Assembly: GCF_002571385.2 (NCBI RefSeq)
Contig: NW_019218206.1
Span: 179,902 to 243,901 of the forward strand
From: Stylophora pistillata
Taxonomy: Eukaryota
Direction: 5' to 3'
Length of the DNA: 64,000 nt
Shown: one piece after another, positions 43,497-54,800 of the stretch
Layout: each line of letters begins with the position of its first letter
Position numbering within the stretch: the first letter of the stretch is position 1
Translations under genes and position numbers: made by a program
Notes under the pieces: model-generated
The model's database searches: none
Told to the model about the DNA's origin: nothing
Seen by the model: only the letters and a program-made list of their open reading frames with translations

Positions 43497-44447
43497 TTAT
43501 TTCAGGAGAAGTGTTAATGAGATCGGAACTCCGTTGAGGTCGAGTGGTCTTCACAGTGCATCAGTCACAGAGATTCGCAAATCTGTGATCTCTCTTGTGT
43601 TTATTTTGCTATACTTTTTCTCTCTTGGTTCGATATGAAAAGGATAAGAGAGGGGGAGATTGTCAACACTGAATCGAAACAACACATCTGATTTCTTACC
43701 ATTAATAACACTCTCTGAGATTATGTTCGTGCGAATGTAGATGTCATCGACAGATCTTGTTATGTCAGGTAATTTTTCACCATAGCTGGTGGTTGTGACA
43801 ATCTTTTTTGTAAAACCAATGAGGTCGGCAAAATTTCCGTTTTGCAGATCAACTTGAAAACCATCTTCGAGACCGATCAGAACTTTGAAAAGCGCTGGGA
43901 CAAATTTTATTGTAATGCCTGTCTTTGAATGTTTTGATCCCTCTAGCTCTCTCTGAATATAAGCGTTCAATTCAGAGTATGCAAAATTCCCATCTGGGAG
44001 TTCAATATTATGCCACGTCGTACCTGAATCGTGACTATATTTCAATTTGTTATTATCATAACTACTGCTCACATTGTACCAGCTGTATGACATTGCGATT
44101 TCATCGAGAGCGATTTCATACTCTCTGTTTGGGTTAGGTCTCATCACAGGATTAAAAGATGTTGTAAAATCATGACTCGATCCATTCTTACAAGTCAAAG
44201 AGTTGAGATATTGACCACTTTCATAAATGGCTCCCGGATTAATATTCTTTTGTGTAAATTTAAATTAGCCTTTCTGGCCTCGTTTTCCAGTACAAAATTC
44301 AAAATAATACATCATCTCAAGCGAGGCCAGAAAGGCTAATTCAAATTTAAACAAAAGAATATTAATCCGGCAGCCATTTTTGAAAGTGGTCAATATAGGT
44401 GTTTTTTTTACTTGTTTCTCTGTCAATTCCAAAAGTTTCTCCATCAT
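43497..44447 (-). pseudogene. Minor capsid (penton) protein, disrupted by a MITE and a nonsense codon
   Basis: Removing the 183-nt insert restores MMEKLL...KTPIYLNSLTCKNGSSHDFT. Motifs YEIAL, IELPDGNFAYSELN, IYIRTNII. TGA at 43551-43553 replaces G in DAL(G)RPLDLNG, and the frame continues to TAA at 43497. Confidence 0.85.
44212..44392. mobile_element. 181-bp MITE with ~70-bp TIRs and probable AT target-site duplication (ISL2EU-like)
   Basis: TGACCACTTTCA..AAATGGCT..CCGGATTAATATTCTTTTGT...GCCTTTCTGGCCTCG is mirrored at the other end. The element is flanked by AT on both sides, and excising the element plus AT restores the penton frame. Confidence 0.85.
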
Positions 44448-45297
44448 GTTAAATGTTTCTGAATATAGGTACTATATTGTTGTTTTGAAATTTTTTTCTT
44501 TTTGAGGAGGGGATCTAATATTGCTATCGCTTCATTTCTCAACTGAATACTCGAATTACCGAATTACTCGAATTACTCCCTGTTAATTTAATGAGTCTGT
44601 CTTTCAGATCTTTGAAATCAGAAAATATAGTCCCTCCTGCCAGTTTTGCTTTTCCAGACGATTCATGAGTAGGAATGTTTGCGAGCTTGCTTAGATCTTT
44701 GAATATTTGCATCGCCTTTGACGAATACTGTCCTTTGGGATTGAATCTCTTTGTCAACAGATCAATGATCCCTCTATCACCCTGTCTTTCATAAACAACA
44801 GAACCGGTTGAAGGGTTGATCCCTTCAACAACCATTTCATTTATCAATCGTGTGGGGTTTATCAAGAGACCACCGTACTGTCCTTTGCTATCAACCTTGT
44901 AAGCATTTCGCTTCTTACGCTTTGAGTGGCCCTTACCCTTTTGCGTGACAAGAGTCTTCTCACCACCCGCGAGCAGATTTATGCGGTCAATATATTTTTT
45001 CAGTGTATCAACTTGATGTACGATATCATCTATTTTATCCTTATTTTTTATCTTATTCTTCGAAAGACCGGCCTTGACAGAGTTTGCTCTCTTTATTTTT
45101 TCGATCACATCATTATACAGTTTATCATCATCAAAATCCTCATCAAGTATTCGTTTAAATGCATCATTCGGTGTTGGAAAGCCGCTGTTTTGAATATAGT
45201 TAAGTTCCTCTTGGCTAAAGCCGATCTCTGGATCAGGTATTTTTGTTTTTGGTTTTGGTGGCGGGTCAAGAGCAGAGGGAGAATCTGGTGTATGGTG
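44444..45297 (-). pseudogene. Conserved Polinton ORF upstream of the penton gene, 5'-truncated and frameshifted near its 3' end
   Basis: QKGKG...RNAYKV...GIIDLLTKRFNP...LKDRLIKLTG. A GTAATTCG microduplication (~44550-44577) shifts the frame. The alternative frame gives NSSIQLRNEAIAILD.LL..ISKQQY, ending at a TGA that overlaps the penton ATG. Sequence beyond ~45298 is an unrelated AT-rich repeat. Confidence 0.6.
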
Positions 45298-45687
45298 GCC
45301 CATTGTTATCATAGCATTGTTATCATAGCATAATAAAAAAATAAAAGTAAAATTAAAAAAAAATAAAAGTAAAAGCAATCCAAAAAAAAAATTGAATTTA
45401 AAATAAAACATTAAAGAAAACAGGAGCTACTGAAGAAATTCAATAAAAAAAAGTAAAGGAAGATTAAAAATTAAAAAATACATAAAAGTTAAAATTAAAG
45501 TGAAAAATAATTTAAAAAATAAATAAGATAAAAACCTTTAGTACAAATGCAAAATAATTTTAAGTTTACTATGATAACGCTGGGCCGAAAGGAACATCAC
45601 GATATTTGTTTCCAAAATGAAATGTTCGAAAGCAGCCCATTGTTATCATAGCCTGCGACACGTAAGGTCAGTGGACATGAAAGTCTT

Positions 45688-45945
45688 NNNNNNNNNNNNN
45701 NNNNNNNNNNNNNNNNNNNNNNNNNNNNNNNNNNNNNNNNNNNNNNNNNNNNNNNNNNNNNNNNNNNNNNNNNNNNNNNNNNNNNNNNNNNNNNNNNNNN
45801 NNNNNNNNNNNNNNNNNNNNNNNNNNNNNNNNNNNNNNNNNNNNNNNNNNNNNNNNNNNNNNNNNNNNNNNNNNNNNNNNNNNNNNNNNNNNNNNNNNNN
45901 NNNNNNNNNNNNNNNNNNNNNNNNNNNNNNNNNNNNNNNNNNNNN
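45688..45945. other. Assembly gap (N run); a second small gap lies at 47989-47999
   Basis: N bases. Confidence 1.
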
Positions 45946-46056
45946 ATAAATTGATTTCATATCAAACTGTTTCCCCACTGCGATGGACATTTGTTTTTGT
46001 CGGTTCCAGCCTGGCGCGGCCGCTAACCCAGATGCCCTCCTGAGCAAATTTTCAAA

Positions 46057-46489
46057 ATGGCGGACAAGCCAAAGAGAGAGATAAGAGAACCAAAGCGATT
46101 CTGCAACGAATACTCAGCATACACCCCTGTTAAAAAGGTCATTTCACAGAGAAAAGATACAAAATTGTATGATATTGAAGTCACGGAGGTTGACAAACCC
46201 AACAAGAGACTGAAAATTCACTACATTGGCTACAGTACACGCTTCGATGAGTGGAGACCCTTCGGGGTTCTGTCCTCGTGTACCGGTTCACAAGAGCCAA
46301 TACAAAAGACCAAACAATACACAATAGCTAACCGATAACTCCTAAACAAAGAAAGAACAATGGTAATTCCCTTGTGAACCGGTACACCAGGACAGAACCC
46401 CCTTCGGGGACGGTGAAGCATCTGAATATTTTCCTTCGAAATTGTATAGATTAGTAGGCTGCAACAAAAATTTATTGGACGACGTTTAG
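46057..46489 (+). pseudogene. Tudor-knot/chromo-barrel domain ORF (probably TE-borne), interrupted by a MITE
   Basis: LYDIEVTEVD...LKIHYIGYSTRFDEW matches the Tudor-knot pattern HYxGxxxRxDEW. The ATG lies in the context CAAAATGGCGG. Confidence 0.55.
46266..46399. mobile_element. 134-bp MITE with ~29-bp TIRs and 8-bp TSD (Merlin-like)
   Basis: TIRs GGTTCTGTCCT.GTGTACCGGTTCACAAG and CTTGTGAACCGGTACACCAGGACAGAACC. Direct repeat CCCTTCGG at 46258-46265 and 46400-46407. Confidence 0.85.
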
Positions 46490-48498
46490 GGTAAAAACAG
46501 CAATCTAACCTGAAAAAAATGTATTTATTCCGACTCTTTCGGAAAATAACTTTACAAATCTTACTTGTTTATCTCGTAAGTAAACGATGGTGAAGCGCTT
46601 TCCGAGCTACCCGATTCTTCTCCCACTGCTTTCACGCTTATAAAACAGGAAACGAGCAAAAGGAGGAAGGTGTGGCTGTTTTGACTAGCCATTTGACGAG
46701 GTTCAATCTGCTCCTTGTTCGACAATTTACATATCAAAACAAAGGAAATTTGTTCCTCTCTTTGATTTTGGCGGTACATTTTCAATTTGCGCTTGCGTAA
46801 GAGAGAAATCGCCCAAGACTCCTTGCTCGGTCTTGTTTTGACCACGAACGCCTTCTTAATTTTGACGGACCCGCTCGAGAAATGGTGAAAATGACGAGAG
46901 AAAAACTTTACTTTGTAGTACGAAAATACACAAAATGGAAACCCATTTTGATAGCATGTTAAGATGACAATGATGATATCAAGTTCACCGTGATCTATTC
47001 ATTTCACATCTCCACACTGGCATAAAATTACAATTTCAATAATAAGAAAACTTTAACAATTCTGGTACTTTAAATCATACGATACTATCACGCACTTGCC
47101 TGTTCATTGAACTCTTTTATGTTTAAGTTATGTCTCTGATTACTGTTCCTGAAATCTATTATGGTGACATTATATCTCTATTGAACTTTCTGAAATAAAA
47201 CTTCCAGGTCAAATTGTAAATCTCATTGGGTTAAAATTATTAGCAATGTTAATGTAATGTTACTTCAGAGTACTACTAAACATATGATTGACTAAAATAT
47301 TGCTTCTGTTCTGATCTTGTTATGCACTTATCTTTTTTCAATAAACTCTTCTATTCGCAACCCAATATCCACCTACCTCAACAGGATTTTTCCGTGTTCT
47401 TTTTTTTATTGAAAATATAGTCCGGTAATCCCAAATACAATAATTATAGTAAATGGTTTGGTCTCAAACAATTGAAACGAGAACCTTGTGTGGAAAATGG
47501 AAGCCTACGTTCAGCATTGTGTTGCTTTACATGTAAGTATTGTCCAAGATTAGTCATACATTCAAACCAACTCAAGCTCCCGATGGCTTCTAGTGTAGAT
47601 TTCATCATTTCCCGAATGTCCCTGCCCCTCTGCAAGGTTTTTTCCTTGTGTACTGGTGCCCAAAATGCCGAAAATATTAGTATGAAACGCTTCCCTAGAG
47701 TTAATTTCACATCACTTGCCTTGGAAGAGACAATTAACCTACAAACTTCAGAACTCAATTCCACTTCGTCACACAAACAAAATCGTGACTTAACCGATCA
47801 GGCCACTTTGGGAGATGATGCTGACGGTTTTTTAAGTTCCCAAAATCCTCAGGTTACATGTGCAAACTTTGTTGTCAAAATGAAACCTCCATAACAAAGT
47901 TTGGCCACTAATCCTCAACTTGAAAATGAACATTTCAGGACTATTGTATGCTAGTTATCCTGTTTTATTGATGAAAAGGAAAAATTTCNNNNNNNNNNNA
48001 CGAAATTCAGTAAGAGACTATTTGTACCCCGTGAGTTTGATATGAGTAGCTCAATTTCGTAAGCTACATATGTACGCATTGCGGGCGTATTTTCAATACC
48101 TGCTATTGCGTCACGCTTCTTTTTAGATGGTATCTTTGTCTTGTAGTTAGGATTCGTTTAAGTGGATCCGCAGTGATCGAGTAGCGCAACTAATTAAATA
48201 TTCCATTCCTATCAACTAAAAGGTGAAAGGTTGGAATTTCAAGGTATCACTCATAGGACGGTCCAAAACATAATTTTGCAAGTTTTTTTTCCTTGTTTTG
48301 AGGAAGTGTCGTAGGAGCTCCAAAAACAGATAAAGAAACTGCCGTATACTTCACTTGGGACAGTTGATGCCATGCACAGAGTATTGCAAAAGTTCAAATT
48401 AAGATATTAGTTTACTTCCTTTATTTACGCCTGCTTTTAATTCTCAGTGTTTCTGTTTGAGTTAGGTGATATTGTTATTAAACTTGAGCCTATATGAT

Positions 48499-48645
48499 AA
48501 ATATATGAAATTCATATATTTTGAACTGCGGTTATAGATACGTATGATGCACGATCCTCGCAGTAGAAAGCGCTATTCATGCAATAGCGAAAATCAGACC
48601 TGAAAAAAATCAGGCCTGTACGGGATTCGAACCACTGATATCTCA
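48499..48645 (-). repeat. tRNA-SINE-like repeat fragment, same family as 3400-3646
   Basis: Shares ATATATGAAA.TCATATATTT.GAACTG.GG...AAAAAATCAGGC.TGT..GGGA.TC.AAC with the element at ~3360-3500. Confidence 0.6.
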
Positions 48646-51600
48646 GGAGAGAGCTTTCAAATTGCCTGTAGCTGAGGGCTGACCGTGTTTGGGAAAACAC
48701 TACCGTCGTTGGGAGGTAACTGAACTGCTTTCGCTGCCATTGTGAACTTGATCGTTACGAATTTCAATTTAATGACAGAAGTAGTATTGACAGGCGTAAA
48801 GAGAATTTAGAAAACATGACTCCAAATCTGTGTACGATTCTCGGCCTGACTGTTTATTAGTTGAATCTGTTGACAAAAAAATTTAATGCTTCTTACTCTA
48901 TGTATTAGCCAAAGAAACAGTGTAAGAGAGGTACGGTTCAACATGCTTTGCACTGAACTAATCCAAAGTAAAGGAGAAATGAAGAGGTGAAACCTCCTTT
49001 AAGTCTGTCAACCTCGCCAATGGATGTCAAATGACAGCCGGATAACAACAGTATAACAAATTTTTCACACACAAAAAAACCAACACCTTCGGCGATCAGA
49101 TAAATGTGCACGGGGAGCGGACGTTGCATTGATACAAGGAGAAAAAGAGCCGTCTTTGACTGTATTTCTATGAAAATGAAAGTGCGATCGCGGCGCGATT
49201 TAAAATCTCTTGATTCAGCTTAAGTACATACAATCGCGTTTCTCGTTTAATGAAATCATATAAGCCTTAATCTTTCCGTACCATGTCTCTTGAGCCTTTT
49301 GACTTCTTTTACAAGCCACCAGTGAAAGAAAATCTTGCTACAAATTGATGGTGAAATGAACAGAGTTTCATCTAAAAACACAGGCCGTCACGGCCTCATA
49401 CTACACACGTCAATTTGAAGACCGATAGGTTGAAGGATCACAGCATCTGTATGACTGTATAATTTCAAATCACCCCTAAAAGAGTAAATCAGGAGAACTA
49501 AGAAAAGGTCTAAACTACTCTAGATTAGACTAATAAGCTCACAAGATTCAAAGGGACAAACGCGGGGGCGATGCAAGCTAAATTTTATATAAAAAGCCAC
49601 GCTCAACCAGTGTGTTTTGCGCGCCATTGTTGTTGTTATTATCTGAGAACTCGATACTTTTTCTCGCACACCGGATGGAAACGGCAAAGAATACTTCAAC
49701 GGCTGAGGCTTTTGTCAATATTTTCATGACAAAAATAGAAAAAGGGTATTATCAGCCAGAGCACAACTAAATCGCTAATTTGTATGGGGTATGCTTACGA
49801 AGTTTTTTTGTCTGTGGAACAGAACCAAAGACAAAATAGAAGAATTTGTTCGGTAGATGGGCAAACAGCTACAATCTGTAAGGAGGTTATATATATCCTC
49901 TTAATTCTGGATGTTTTATCACGATACAATCACTTTTACGGCTGGAATATCCGACTCAGAAATTTTATTCTTTGACACAAAAGTGACGAAAGCAAGAGGT
50001 CTAACAGGGAATCGACCCTTCACGTCCAAGCACAGTACAAAGAGACTAAGGCTTTCGGACACTTGAATTTTTATTTTCATCAGCCTTGAGGCACAAAGAA
50101 AGGATTCGTAATAGGAGAAGCGCTACGCCTTCTATGAATAAATTCGCCAGGCTTCACGTTCAGTAAAAACTCGCAGTGTTTCAAAATACGGGTAAAGAGT
50201 AAAGGATATCAAGTCTAAATTTAGGAGAAATGCATCCCTGAATCTGTCTCACCGTGAGGGATAGTTCACCCAAAAACTGACGAGATTAGGCTTGAGATCG
50301 ATTGTAAACGTTTCCCCGTCCCCTTGAACGGTCACCCAAAAGCCAAAAGAAGGAGCTTTCTATTTGACTTTTCTCCGAAATGCTGTGAAACAGGGCTTCT
50401 GCAAACTCGCTGAATTTTCTCTTGCCAAATCCCTAAGCTGTTTTCGCTCATTCCATCTGGCGTTAAGAATTGATGTTGTCAGCCACATAATAAGGCGGCT
50501 TTTCATCGTACAGGGCGACTTTTTTTAGATGACTTCATTAACGCGAATGCGAAATGAAACAACAGAAATGCCAAGTAAATAGACGATAGACACTTGAAGA
50601 AACCAGATGAGGGTATAAGAAGCCGGTTTTCGATCAAGATTGCAAAGATTTAGGCGAACAATATTACTCACACTTAGGATTTTCTTTTTCTATAATACAG
50701 AAAATACTGAGAAAGGCCACTACTCCCGCAATGCATCCTGGCTGAGCACGGTCCCTTAAAACTAATTAAGATTTTGAGTGAACATTGTGACTGTTAACTC
50801 TCATAAAGCTCTAATGTTTCGCTTGCTGCCGTAAAATAAACATATTTACATATGTACGGAGGCTCATTGTGCAAGCTTGAGCTTTTTGTGTTGACCGATG
50901 ACGTAGAAAAAACATACCATAAGATTTGGTGCGGACAAGTAAAATGTTGATGATACTCTTAAAATGCCTCGTGTTGTTCCGTTCAGAACGTAATTATGTT
51001 TCATGTCCTATGAGCACTGTTTACCCTAGATGTAAATATCGGCTATATCCAACTGAATAGAGTACGTGTTACGAATTTAAAACAGAAAACGAGCTGCGGC
51101 TCTGAACAAACTTGCCGATTTCTACACAGTTGAGCCTTCTAGTTTGTTTAACTTCATAATAGAACTTGGATACCAACCATTGTTAATCTACTTTGTAGCT
51201 TTTTTGCAACAATTGAGTATTCTAGAGTGTTTAATATAACTACAAAGTAGTTTGCCTTTGGCAAACTGTTAAATACAAAATAGAACTCGCATGTCTTCCA
51301 CTGTTAATCTACTTTAGAACTTTTTTTTAGTAACAATTGAGCATTCCAGATTGCTTAACTTTAAAGTAGAACTCAGATGTCCTCTATTGTTAAAGACTGT
51401 AATTTTATTATAACAATTCAGCATTCTAGGTTGTTTGAATTCATAGTGGAACTAATAAAATAAAAATAAAAGTGGAAACTCGATTTTTCTCTTATATTAA
51501 AAATTGTTTATTTCAAAAATAAAAGTATTTTCAAACTAAAATCCAGTGCTCACGCAATGTTTTGACCGTTGAACGATTTAGACATGCCTCACTCTTGGAG

Positions 51601-51875
51601 CCTTAGAGACGACTAATCGTGCGACTAGAAATAAAAAGGCGCCTTAGGGCTCACAAAAATATTTAAGTGAAGGGCAAAGAAGCCAGGCTCTCACTCACAG
51701 AGTTACCGGTATCTTTTTTGTTTGGGTCAAGCCGAAATTCCTGTTATATTTTCGTCACGCCCGATTATTTGTCTCTTGGCCCCTAAGGATCAACTCATCT
51801 GAGCATGGCTGTCGCTTGTTCGAAAACAAACTGAAAATCATCATAAACGCAAAAGGAGATAAAGCAACCTTTAAG

Positions 51876-54800
51876 CTACTCAACATGTTGATCCCTAATT
51901 GTCTTAATAATATCTTTACATTCGGTGGCTGTTCGCCTCAAACTTGGGTCGGATTGCCAACTCGATGTCATGAGCTCAATCCATATTGCTGGAGGAGGAT
52001 TACCATTCCTGGGAATTTGTGGACGATAATGCTCATCTTTAATTCGTCTAAAGAATTCTTCACGTCGTAGTTCGCTGAAGACGCGTTTCCCAAACCACAT
52101 TTCCCACATCACAAGACCAAAACTGTATATATCCACCTTTGTGCTGTGGAGTTTGCCTTCCATTACCTCCGGTGCCATATACAATGGAGTTCCACACATC
52201 GTGCCAGTTATTTTGTCTTTAAAGGTTGCTAGACCTAAGTCTGCAACTTTGATGTGCTTACGTTTTGAGATCTGGAAACAATGTCAGGCAAAGTTAGTTT
52301 CCTGAAAAGGCTTCATAATTTTCAACACTTCAATCCAAAAAACAACCGCTATTTGCTTCGGCTTTAGGTTATACTCTTTGCCCCTGTGCCAAGCACTTGT
52401 ATATTTCAACATTTTTAAACGGTGGCAGACACAGCATATGAGCCAAAGGACTCATCTCGCCGCAGCTTATCCCGATTTCATTGGAATCTTACATGCAACA
52501 TTTTCAAATAACTGAGAAAAAATTGGCTTTTATCAAATGCTCATTTGGAGCAAATGAAATATTAAGCTAATAAAGTTTGGCGCCGTAATAATTTTTGCTC
52601 TTGTGATGAAGTCAGAGCATTCTTCAACGCGGTAACCTGATTCCCGAGCTGACGTGGTCACTGGGTGAGTTTTTGCTGCGGAAATTTTTAAAATGGTCAC
52701 CTAGTCGAGATTTCAGTCCGATTACTGTTGAAACAGTCAGTAGTGTATCGCAAAAGCCTAGCCAGCACTTTTTACCGAGGTCATATGAGGATCACCCTAT
52801 TTCCACTAATACTGACTCAACAGAATTTTCTCTTTGTCCTACGATCGTAAAAACACACAGAAAGGATGCTTCTTCATTTCAATGCCTGGTTTATAATTTA
52901 CCATATTTCATCTTTTATTAACTCACCAGAATATTGGCCAGCTTGAGATCTCGATGGACAACATTCTTGCTATGGATGAATTCAAGCGCATCTAAGATTT
53001 GTTTTGCCCAGAGCATAATCCCAGCTGCTGCACTGGCCGTCTTCCACGGAATGTACTCATCATTTTCAAAGATTTGCTGGTCTAGGCTCCTGATACACAA
53101 GTCAAACACTAGAACCAGGGAAACGAGTTCTCGGTTTTGAACGTCTATGCCCACTCCGTAAAATGTAACGATGTGCTTGTGTTCAAGTTGCCTGCGTAAA
53201 AGATAGTGACCAAATTAATATTTTATTAGGCTACGCACCCAGGTGATAAAATTACAATGAATTCACTAGATGAGGGTAATCCCTTGTTGAGCCTTCTGAA
53301 AGTGCACCGTGAAAGTGTAAAAGCGTGATCCGATTAGTAATCTTTTCTAACAATCAATAATAATGTATAAATTTAGGCCTCATTCCCTGGAGTAAATTAA
53401 CGATACTTTACAATTTCCTTTGAAATGGTGGTGAAAAGCAAGAGAATATTCATTACTTGGAATTTTTCCACCAAAGAATCTATTTACTCACATCTGATTG
53501 AATAACAGAAAGATTAGATGGATTATTTAAAATGCAAAGGGCACCAAGAAATTTCAAGTTTAGTTAACTGTTCCTTATCTGTACAGAGTGGCTCCACGAC
53601 CGCTATTTTCGAAACCAAATTGTTTAGCTTAGTATTCATATAGTAAAGGAAGAAAAAAAAAACCAGAGAACCCCTTGGAAAACTCTTAAATGCAAGGACA
53701 ATAACTAATAACAAGGACAATCCGCATGTAACACCAGGTCCGATAATCGAGCCCACGCCATAGTAGTCGAGCGCTTTCACTTCTGCATGAGGTAAAAGCA
53801 CTGTTCCCTAGCTATTCTGACTTAAAAAAACTTACTTCAGCATTGCTGCTTCTTTTAGAAAGGTAGCAACATTTGATGGATCTGAATGTTCCCGGATCTT
53901 TTTGACCGCAACATCTTTTCTTTTATGTCCAGGAGGAGAGTATCTACCTTTGAAAACCATTCCATAAGTGCCTGCACCAAGGTGAGCCTGTCTTTCTTTC
54001 TCATTGTACTTGAGTCGTCTCACATCAAGCTGGCAAGATGGGTACATCACCTGTATTCCATTTTGAATTGCATCGAACATCAAGTTTTCATTCATGTCCT
54101 TTAAGTTTGAGTAGAGTGGTTGGTATTTTTCAAGGATTTCTTTTTCCCTTGATTCGTCTTCGCTCTTTGTCAGGTCTTTGCATCGCTGCTCGTATTTGGT
54201 GATTAACTGTTGGTGACACCTCTTGATGTTCGCAATGCGATTCGTCTCCTCGCTGAATTTGTCTCGAACGTAACTGAGGATTTTGTCTGTAATGAAGTCC
54301 TCGAGGAACTCCGCCGAGAGGTCTGTCATTGTTAGACAACAATTGCTCCTCTGGTGTTGTTCTTTTAGATGCTTTCCAAATGCCAGTACCCCAAGGACGG
54401 GTGCAGAAATAAATCCGGCAGCGAGGCCTACGGGTATCAAAACTGGCCATAAAATTAAGCCAGTCATCACCAGAAATTTTTTCATTCTTGGATCTAAAGG
54501 CGAGAACATCCGGCCCGGTCGAATCTCAAAAGGTCGGAAGTCGTCCACGTCACTTCCAACAAGTACACGGTCAATGTCTCGAATTTCTCTTTCAAACTCT
54601 AGGAAACCTTTGTTAAACTGTGCTTCCAGTTCTGCGTGTGCTTGGGTGAAAAAATTCACTCTGCTTTCCCAGTCTTGGAGGAAATTTTCGAATCGTTGTT
54701 CAATGCATCTGCTAAATGCCTCTTTCATCTTTGAAAAGTTTTGACCCTCTTCCGTTTTAGGCAGTTCGTTTTCTGTCCACCTGCAAAAGCTCCTTTTAAA

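Larger units (their letters stand above)
29195..45297 (-). mobile_element. Polinton/Maverick (adintovirus-type endogenous dsDNA virus), one terminus visible, partly decayed
   Basis: Intronless gene block containing pPolB, rve integrase, A32-type ATPase, adenain protease and major/minor capsid-like genes. It begins with the typical AGTAGT terminus at 29195. The other end is interrupted by an AT-rich repeat at ~45298 and an N-gap. Confidence 0.95.

Noticed and set aside
29504-45333. Numerous short plus-strand ORFs within the Polinton and antisense to kinase exons
   Set aside because: These are shadow ORFs opposite real genes, with no motifs and mostly non-ATG starts.
45298-45411. Hydrophobic N-terminus (MFYFKFNFFFGLLL...) of ORF 44539-45411 as a signal peptide or TM segment
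   Set aside because: It is translation of an inserted A-rich low-complexity repeat (motif CCCATTGTTATCATAGC recurs at ~45637), not part of the viral gene.
47444-47894. Overlapping 110/140-aa ORFs as a transposase fragment
   Set aside because: There is only a vague resemblance and no diagnostic motif, so I cannot support it without a search.
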